Shown piece after piece: positions 45,622 through 64,000 of a stretch of DNA of 64,000 nt. Position 1 is the stretch's first letter, and every line of letters starts with the position of its first letter. Under the pieces are notes generated by a model that saw only the letters and a list, made by a program, of their open reading frames with translations, searched no databases and was not told the origin of the DNA. Source of the DNA: the human T2T-CHM13v2.0 reference genome, Homo sapiens. Position numbers and translations under genes: made by a program. Location of the stretch: the NCBI RefSeq assembly GCF_009914755.1, contig NC_060935.1. One strand, written 5' to 3'.

Positions 45622-46759
45622 TTACGTGCGGGCGTTCCGCTCTGTCTCTGCCAGGCACTCTCTGACTAGGGCCCGGGCATGGATGATACCTGGGGGTGGG
45701 GTGGGGTCTCAGCAACCCTCCACAGCCCCACCCACTGCCCTCCAGAGGAGGACCCCTGCCTCCCCACTCCCTTTCCACTTTCGGCAAAAGAAATTCAAAT
45801 CTAATGACGGCTAGATGAAATTAGAGGTTTGGTTAATCCTCAAGGTTGCCCTGTTGAAATACAAATTCCCATGCTCTTCCCTGGAAATGGACTCAATTTC
45901 AATTCGATTCAAAACACCTCTCTGGTAGTAATACTGGACATCCTCTAGGCTTGGCTCAGGTGGCCTCCAGATGTCCTTCCTTCCCTCATGAAGGATAGTC
46001 CAGTGTCGGTTTCCTGAGCAGGGCGGCCTGGCCTCACTTACCTCTCTTCAGGCGCTCCATGGCGCTCTTGCTGCCAGCATAGGTAGGCCGGATCTCTTTG
46101 CCCATCTCCTCTATGACTGACAGCAGGTCCGTGTAGGTGCTCTGGGAGCCCTGGGCGCCGGGTGGCTTCATCGCCTATGTCAAAAGAGAACAGGGCAGTG
46201 AGCTCAGGCACCTGGCGGGGAGGGGGACTCCAGTCCGCATCCATAAGCAAGGCTTTGGCCCCACTCACCTGCACGTAGCCCATGGAAGGCGGTCCAAAGT
46301 CGTTAAACAGCGGTCTGAAAGGAGCGCCGGCTCCTGGCACTGAGCCCGACGGCGACGGGACGCTTCCTGCAGCAACAGGCGCGAGTAAGAGGTCAGCGCG
46401 GGGCAGGGACGCCGCCTCCCAGCTTTTCCAAGCCCAGGACCGGGTTCGCCCGATTCCCTCCAAAGGATGCTTCATTCCATGCTGATCAACTTCAGGGACA
46501 AATCCCTCCCACTGCGCTCCACCTACAAGCCCTTACGTGACCACGCCCACTTCACAGGCCAGCAAACTGAGGCTCAGCGAGGGTAGGCGGCAGGCCCAGT
46601 ATTGCAGAACTCAGGCCGTCTTCTCTTCGAGACCTCGACCGCCCGGCAGGCGAGCAGGGGTGGAGCTGGATCCTCACCTGTAGGGACCGGGGTGCCCGGC
46701 CCAGGGGTGCTGGAGCCAGGGGTGCTGCTGGGAGCAGGGGCGATGGGTTTGTAGGACAT
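45622..46759 (-). CDS. CDK2AP2: CDK2-associated protein 2 (DOC-1R), 126 aa
   Basis: Exons 46759-46678, 46366-46269, 46174-46042 and 45689-45622 sum to 381 nt. Protein reads [15 protein letters not shown]...[13 protein letters not shown]. Confidence 0.96.
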
Positions 46760-46779
46760 CCCCAACTCCTGGGCGCGGC

Positions 46780-47650
46780 GGACGCCAGCCGGCCGCTCCT
46801 CGGGGGTTGGCTGCGGGGCCGCTCAGCCGCGCTCTGATTGGCAAGCGGGCTGCACGCCCCTGGTAAATAGAGGTCTGGCCGGAAGGGCGAGCGGGCACGA
46901 ATGCTCCCTCACTCCCGATTGGTGCGCGAAGATGTCACTCGAGCCTCCTTATTGGCCGAGACCTGCCCCAGCAGGTCGCAACCGCCGCCGATTGGCCTCC
47001 GCCTTCCGGACCTCGCACCTGTCTGCTCCGGATTGGGCGGTGGCCACCGCCCTCCGCAATTGGCGAGTTCGCGGCCCGGGCCGGCGCGCTCTCAATCCGA
47101 TTAGTCCCCAGGCCCTAGAGGCGGGGCCTTGGGAACCGGGACCCGGGGCTGGGCTGCCGGTTCGCGCCGAGGGGTCTTCCCGGGCGCGGGCGCTACCCTC
47201 GCGCCTCACTCGCGCTGCTTCAGACGTCTGCTCCGCTCTGCCCAGTTTCGGCCCAGCAGGGGTTGCTGTCGCAGCTGCCGTCGCCGCTGCCACCGGTGCC
47301 TTGCGCGCTTCTCCGCTCTGGGGGCCGAAGGACGCAGGGCTTTGACGTCCCGAGCCCTGCGCCCCACCCCGTGCGCTTTTACGTCACCTTTCACCGGTTC
47401 AACACCCGCTCCCCGATCTGCGCATGCGCCCGCCCGAGGCCTGCGTTTGTTCCCATGGCAACAGGCCCCTCATGGATGCCGCCACGTACCGTTCTTCCTG
47501 CGGCTTGGCTCGTCCTCAGGTCTAAGGGCGACCTCAAAGACCCCTTTACCCGCACCCCCAAGGCCCCGCGCTGCTGCCTAAGTTAGTGACAATGGCCGTA
47601 GGGCAAACCTTCGGGATTACTTGCGTGCCGGGCCCCGGACCAAACTGGTC
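46780..47650 (-). promoter_or_regulatory. CDK2AP2 CpG-island promoter
   Basis: Six co-oriented CCAAT boxes, CRE-like TGACGT motifs, NRF1 TGCGCATGCG (about 47419) and an RFX X-box (47449-47462). Confidence 0.8.
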
Positions 47651-48157
47651 AAGAGCACCGACTGGAGCCAACCGCCTGGGTTCAAATCTCAGCACCACCC
47701 CCACTAGCGATTTCCCCCAGGCAAGTTTCTCACCTCAGTATGCCTCAGTTTCCCCATCCGTAAAATGGGGAAAATGACGATCTCATTGGGTTGTGTGGAT
47801 TAAATGAATAGTCATAAAGTGCTTGTTGTTTCATTCTCCGCCTTCCTGTCCCACAGGGCCCCCATACCTTTCCACTCCACCACTCAGACCCCTCCCCTCA
47901 AGTCTCACTCCCCACAGAGTTAGACCTCAGACCCTCCTCCACTCCCTAACCCTTTCTCCCAGGCTCCTTCTCCAAACTCAAACTTCTCTGGCCTTGTGTA
48001 TCTTCATGCTCCCAGCTTTGTAGATCTTCATCTCTAGGACAGTCATTCATTCATTCATTCATTCATTCATCCAACAAGCATGTTCTGGCTGAGCGCGGTG
48101 GCTCACGCCTGTAATCCCAGCACTTTGGGAGGCCGAGGCGGGCGGATCACGAGGTCA

Positions 48158-48481
<324 letters not shown>

Positions 48482-49206
48482 TTATACTCTGAGACAGGGA
48501 AGCAACGTCTTCTTTACATTGCAGTAAGTCAATGGCCACAAGGGATAACGGGACAGGATGCATTGGAACTTAGAGGAAGGGCCTGCCGGGTGGCATCACA
48601 GAAATCTCTACAGACTAGGTGGCATTTGAGTAGGTGGGGGTGGAAGCGGAGACCGAGGGGGCACTCCAGGTAGAGGGACTGGCATGTGCAAAATCTTGGG
48701 AAATGGGAGAGCACAACATGTGTTTGAGAACCAGCCTTTTTTTTTTTTCCTTTTTTTTTTCTGCTGGAGAGTTCACTGGGAAGTGGAGGTGGAGCCGTGG
48801 AAATAACCACAGGGTCAGGAAGGGGACCTTAGGTGACGTGGATGTAAGGAAGCTGAGTTGACCACGGAGTCCAGTGCTTCCCTAACTCCAGCCATTAGGA
48901 AAACTCCATCAGTTTTGCCATCTATTTAACATTTCCTTGTAATTAATTCACTTTTACAAAATCTTAAATAGAAAGGAAAAGGCATAATGTCCATTTAATC
49001 ATGTGCTCAGTATTTATAGTTTTCTAATACATATTCAGACTCAACTACTGTTAAAAAGAAAAGGTGTTGATCAGGTCACCCAAGGTCTTCTGCTCCTACT
49101 GGTGGCACTGAGGGTGCGCTTCAGAGAAATCTACTGTGGATAGTAGGTGAAGAGGAGCCACTGAGGGTTATACCTCCTTTGGAAACCACCAAGCCCCAAC
49201 TCCTTC

Positions 49207-49744
49207 TGTTACAGGAAAGGGGTCTGGATCCATATCCCACCAGAGGGTTCTTGGATCTTGCACAAGAAATAATTTAGGGTGAGTCCACAGAGTAAAGTGA
49301 AAGCAAGTTTATTAAGAAAGTAAAGGAATAAAAGAATGGCTACGGACAGAGCAGCCCCAAGGGCTACTGGTTGCTCATTTTTCTGGTTATTTCTTGATGA
49401 TATGCTAATCAAGGGGTGGATTATTCATGCCTCCCCTTTTTAGACCATATAGGGTAACTGCCTGACATTGCCATGGCATCAGTTTACAGATGGGAGTGTA
49501 GCAGTGAGGACGACCAGAGGTCACTCTCATCACCATCTTGGTTTTGGTGGGTTTTAGCTGGCCTCTTTACTGTAACCTGTTTTATCAGCACGGTATTTAT
49601 GACCTGTGTCTTGTGCTGACCTTCGATCTCATCCTGTGACTTAGAATGCCTTAACCATCTGGGAATGCAGCCCAGTAGGTCTCAGCCTCATTTTACCCAG
49701 CTCCTATTCAAGATGGAGTTGCTCTGGTTCAAACACCTCTGACA
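49207..49744 (-). mobile_element. MER41 (MER41A-type) solo LTR
   Basis: Minus strand TGTCAGAGGTGTTTGAACCAGAGCAACTCCATCTTGAATAGG...GTAACA, with a perfect CTTC target-site duplication. Confidence 0.85.
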
Positions 49745-49789
49745 CTTCCACACCTTAGACCTTCCTACTTTCTCCACTGCCCATTCTAT

Positions 49790-54924
<5,135 letters not shown>

Positions 54925-56397
54925 AAATCAGAAGATCTTATAGCTTGGGGCTGCTCTGGCAAGAATCGGAGGAGTTGGGCAGCAGGTGCCCCCTGTAGCG
55001 GGGGCAGGGGTTCTGGACTTGCCATAGTTTCAACCCTGCCCACTGTTCCTTCCCCAGCCTACTGCAGCCTCGATCTCACAGGCTTAAGGGATCCCCTTCT
55101 CCAGTTGCTATCTGTTGGGAAGTGTGTGTGAGATTTGGGGGAGCTGGGAGCACTTCTTTTGCCAGCAGACACACTGCCCTGATTCAGACCACCCCACAGC
55201 CACTCCCAGTTCTCTAGCCGCAGAGCCTGCCAGGCTGAGGCCTGGGGAGGTGGTGGGAGGCTGACCCTGAGTAGGGTTCTGATTTCCCTTTTCCTCATGG
55301 CCATCACTACCCCTCAGCCCCTGCAGCAGGGACAGGCATCTTCTCAGGCAGCAATACCATCTGTACCAGCCGTGAGGGTGGTGGAAGGAAGGGTGGGAGT
55401 GTGGATCCTGGCTCCCAGAGAAGCCACTGAGGCTGGGGCAACTTATCCACATCCCTAGTCCTGCCAGATTGGCAGAGGTGATTACCTAATTGAGGATTAA
55501 GGATTAATTGAGATCTGCCAGGAGAGTGGTGCTGAGGCCACTGCAGCCAGCTCCAGCACCTCAGCATCCAGTCTCCAGAATGCGCAGCGCACATCCCCAG
55601 GCCGCCTGCCTGCTTTGTCCCAGGGCCATCTTGTTGGCAGGCGCCATGTGAGGACCAGGCACAGGCACTGGGCACTCTCACCCCTTCATGATGAGGAAGG
55701 TCAGGGGTCGTTCGCTCCCAGCAGGCAGAAGCTGCAGATGAGGCTTGCGGCATAGCTAGAAGAGGCCAAGATCTGGCCTGGGCCGGTCCTGACTCCGAGG
55801 CACCCTCCCTAGTTGGCACTGTAGTTTCAGAGTCCCTGGGCCTGGGTGCAAGTCCCACCACCCTTCATCCTGATTGTGTGTGGCTTTATGCCACTCCCGT
55901 GTTCTCCTGGAACCTCTGTGCAGGCAAAGGCCCTGGATTAACCTGGGGGTAATGGAAAGTCATGGCGAGGTCCTGAACAGGGGTGTGACAAAATGCAAGT
56001 GGCATTTTAGGAAGAATAGCCTAGCCGCGTGTAGGGATAGAGGGCAGTGAGGCCACGTAGTCTCTAGCAGGTCACTTTGACTTGGTGCTATTGTTTATGT
56101 TATTATTATTTTTAGTTAAAAAAGTGTTTTTTAGAGACAGGGTTTTGTTCTGTTGCCCAGGCTAGAGTGCAGTGGTGCAATCATATAGTTCACTGCAGCC
56201 TTGACCTCCTGGGTTCCCGTGATCCTCCCACCTCAGCCTCCCAAGTAGCTGGGACTACAGGTATGCACCACCACACCTGGCTAATTTTTGCTTTATTTTT
56301 GTAGAGATAGGGTCTCGCTATGTTGCCCAGGCTGGTCTCAAATTCCTGGCCTCAAAGTGCTGGGGTTGCATGCATGAGCCACTGCACCTGGCCCGCG

Positions 56398-56790
56398 TGC
56401 TGTGGCTCTGATGTTCGTGTCCCCTCCAAAATGCATGTTGAAACTCAATCCCCAGTGCAGCAACGGTAAGGGGTGGGGCCTTTAGAAGACGATCGGGCCA
56501 TGAGGGCTCTGCCCTTATGGATGGGATTAGTGCCTTATAAAAGGGCTGGGGGTGGCGGTGGGGCGGGGGGAGTAGCCCGGCCCTCATGTGCTTCCTGCCT
56601 TTCTGCTACGTGAGGCACCCTCTGGAGGAAGCAGCTCAAGGCACCATCTTGGAAGCAGAGACCTGGCCCTCTCCAGACACCCAACTGCCTGCACCTTGAC
56701 CCTGGACTTCCCAGCCTCCATAACTGTGAGCAATAAATTCATACTGTTTATAAAATACCAGTCTAAGGTATTTTGTTATAGCAGCAGGAA
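56398..56790 (+). mobile_element. MST-type MaLR LTR
   Basis: TGTCCCCTCCAAAATGCATGTTGAAAC...GACTTCCCAGCCTCC...AATAAATT...TTTTGTTATAGCAGCA. Confidence 0.7.
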
Positions 56791-57816
56791 AGGATGAGGG
56801 CACTCAGCCTGTCAATTTCTTCAATCTGGAAAATGGGGCCCTGAAGACTGGGATATGCTTTGAGTGTCTGGGGTCCTCCAGGAGGAAGATGCTGAGATGG
56901 AGTTAGGGAGGGAGGAAGGTAAAGGGGGAGGAAGCAGGACTGGGCAGGCGAGCCTCTGACTCCACGCAGATCTGTCTGCCTTGGCCGCCCCAAAGGGGAG
57001 CTCAGAGCAAAGACTGCCCATTAGAGGAGCCTTGCATTAGGCAGAAATGTCCAGGTCCTGGTTCCCCATGCTGTGCTCAGTTAGTGGCTGGGGGCTCCCT
57101 GGATGAGTGAGGTGTCAGCCCAAAAGCTGAGGTGTCTCCTGAAGGGGCCAGTGGCTGAGCCCTTTTGCTAACTCACCCACTTCTCTAAGTTGAACTGCGT
57201 GTACTTGAAGTGAGCTCTGAGCAGTGTGCCTCCAAGGCTACTGCAGGAAAAGTGAGACCAAGCTTGGGAAAGGTCTTCTTACAGTACTTGCTCCACGCTC
57301 GAATGTAATCATGCAGGTAGCAGGAGCTGTTCTCAGGATACACGGCAGGAACTGTGGAGGCCAACATACGCCTGAGCTTGGGACAAGAAGGCTTTGTTTA
57401 CTCGCTAGGGATGTTTCCTGACACTTGCTCTGGGCTGGGTCCAGGATCCAGAGAGGAATAAGAGAGGGTCCCCATCTCCCTGGAGCTCACAATGGACGGG
57501 GCTTGTGATCCAAGGGGACAGCCCCAGTACTTGATTTTGGGGGCCAAATACTGGAGCCTCCAGGATAAGCAAGTGAGAGGCAAAAGCCATCTCCCCAGGC
57601 TTGGAGATATTTTATTGTCAGAGAGACAGAGACAAGGCCAGGCGGCTTTATTGGAGAAGTGGTGGTGGGGGTGAAGGCAGGCAAGGGCACTGCACACAGG
57701 TGGGATGGGGAGGAAAGGAGGGTCCCCGCTAGAGGCGATGGGCTTCAAGGAACATGCTGGTGGGCAGAGGCTGTGGTCCTTGAGTCCTTTATGCTGCCTC
57801 CAGCTTCTGTACAGGC

Positions 57817-62004
<4,188 letters not shown>

Positions 62005-62889
62005 GGGCCCTGAACCATGCCAGGCCTGGAACCCCGGGGGTGGCCCGGGTGGGCCTCGGCGGATGCTGCTGCCTGAGGACTCCTGCCAGCCCCCAGCTGC
62101 TCCCGATGAGAGCCTGGGAGTACTGCCGGGGATTTTCCTGGGGTTTTGTGGGGAAGATCGGGGGCGGGTGGGCAGGCGGGGGACTTGGGCCTGGGGCTTG
62201 GGTCCTAATCCGGGATTATCTTTGAGCGTCTCCGCTGCTGAGGGGAGCCACTTGGGCCCAAGGCCCCCTGGAGAGCACAGCCTCCCCAGACTGCCTCCTG
62301 AGGGTCTTCCAGACGCCCCTTCTCCAGCACCCTCCCCCAACCCCTGCCTCTAATCTCTCCCAATCAGGGGAGATTTAATGTCTTCAGAAGCAGGGCCTGG
62401 GTCCCAGGAGGAGGAAGGCAGGCGTGCAGTGTGCCAGGGTGGGCTGGGCCCTCCGAATGGCACAGATTCCGGTTGGTATGGACACGCGGGCCTTCCCACA
62501 CAGCCTCCCAGAAAGAGGCAGCCACTTGGCTCAGCCCAGGAAGCCCCTGCCTCTCCCTGCCAGGACCCCAGCTGGGCCCTGGGCTCCTCACCTCGGGGTA
62601 GCCCCAATTGCTTGCACTTGGCTCCCCCTGCCTGGACTGGTGCCCCGCCCTTGGATGAGGAGCAGAAGGGAACCGCCTATGTGCTGTGGGCAGTGACAGG
62701 GCTCGGTGAGGGTGGAGATTGGGAAGGGAAGCCACCCCGGCCCTGCCGACCTCAGAGAGTCTCCCATTGGACTCTGCCTCCTGGTCCCCTCCCTGGACTA
62801 AGTCCTGGGTCTGTCCTCCGGGGCCCCCAGTTGGGGTGTGGGGTCCCTGCTCTTTGTTCCTGGTCCCCTCATACCCCTGCCCGCATTAC

Positions 62890-63195
62890 CTGCCCGTAGG
62901 CTGCCTGCACCTGGGCCTCGAGCTCCCGGAGAAGCTCTCGTCGCCGGGTGGCTGCTGGGCTGCCAGGGGCCTGGCTGGTTCCTGGAGTGCCCTCAGAGGG
63001 GCTGGGGTCCCCCGTTGGGAGGCTGCCCTCTGCTGGGCCCTGGGGCTGGGCCATGGAGATGAGGGCTTGGTACCTCCTCCTGGCTGAGGGACGCTGCTCC
63101 GTCCGGCCTCCCCAGTCCTGCGGGAGAGTGGTCTTGTGGGCAGCCACAGGTGTGGCCTGGGTCCCTGCTACTCTTCTTTCTGTCCCTTCCTCCAT
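62890..63195 (-). CDS. Candidate alternative first coding exon of CABP2 (caldendrin-like N-terminus)
   Basis: Open frame from ATG 63195 (or 63054) to RRRELLRELEAQVQAAYGQ, followed by a consensus donor CAG|GTAATG in phase 0 with CABP2 exon 3. Confidence 0.55.
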
Positions 63196-63746
63196 AAACT
63201 GGGAGAGCCCCGTGTCCCCAGAGTCTTGTATCCTCCCTAGCTCCCCGTGGCCCCTCGTGTGGCCCTGTCAGCCTGGTGAAGCCCCTCATGCTGGTCACAG
63301 ACTGTGCCCGGGGCTCCACCTGATCATCCTTGTGGCCCCAGTGGTCGGCCCTCCTGCCTGCCTTTGGCCTCCTCCCCCGCAGTGTTCTGCCTGCATCTCT
63401 CTGGCTCACGCGCACCTGATGCCCCACACACCTCCTTGCTCAGTTTCCATCTCACCGCCTGCCCCTCTCTGCCCCCTCTGCCTCTGTGTCTGTTTTGCCT
63501 GCAGCCCCGTCTCCATCCCCTCTGACTCGCCGCCATCTCTGTCAGTCTGGATCCAGTGGTGTCTCTGCCGTCTCTGACCCACTCAGCCCATCTCTCTGCT
63601 GGCTCCTTCCCTCTGTTGCTGCAAGGTCCTTTCTTGCATTGGTCTTTCTGTCTGTCCTTCCTTGCTCTTCCTATTCTCCCCACCATCCCGCTCCCAGGAG
63701 AGCTCCAGAATTCTGGAAAGGCCTTCCCCATCTCCCCAGCCCAGAG

Positions 63747-63940
63747 CCCTAGGGTCCGTCTGTGCTGCCCACCTCCCTGCCTCCCTCCCTCCTCCCCAGG
63801 GTCCCTCTGTGCTGCCCCCTCCTTCCCTCCCTCCTCCCCAGGGTCCCTCTGTGCTAGCCCCCTCCTTCCCTCCCTCCTCCCCAGGGTCCCTCTGTGCTAG
63901 CCCCCTCTCCTCCCCAGGGTCCCTCTGCATTGCCCACCTC
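63747..63940. repeat. VNTR with a unit of about 42 bp, about 5 copies
   Basis: Unit CTCCCCAGGGTCCCTCTGTGCT(A)GCCCCCTCCTTCCCTCCCTC. Confidence 0.88.
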
Positions 63941-64000
63941 CCTGCGTTCTGCCAGGACCTCCACCTGGTCCTGCTGACCTTCAACCTCTTGCTTCTCAAG

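Overview
Human genomic DNA, recognisable as chr11q13.2. It is GC-rich and Alu-dense, with five intact spliced genes whose exons I rebuilt by hand from splice sites: TMEM134 (-, 195 aa), AIP (+, 330 aa, with MIR6752 in intron 4), PITPNM1 (-, 1244 aa), CDK2AP2 (-, 126 aa) and CABP2 (-, 220 aa). Between TMEM134 and AIP lies a nested retroelement stack: a MER66/HERV-V-like provirus remnant with a decayed env, an LTR12C solo LTR and a truncated SVA. The best lead is a candidate alternative CABP2 first coding exon about 0.9 kb upstream of the known ATG. It ends in ...QVQAAYGQ|gtaatg, in phase 0 with exon 3 (DRELRPEEIE), which mirrors the caldendrin (CABP1) junction. CABP2 exons 1-2 also look dual-coding. 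Gene and repeat names, and comparisons to reference alleles, come from recall rather than a search.
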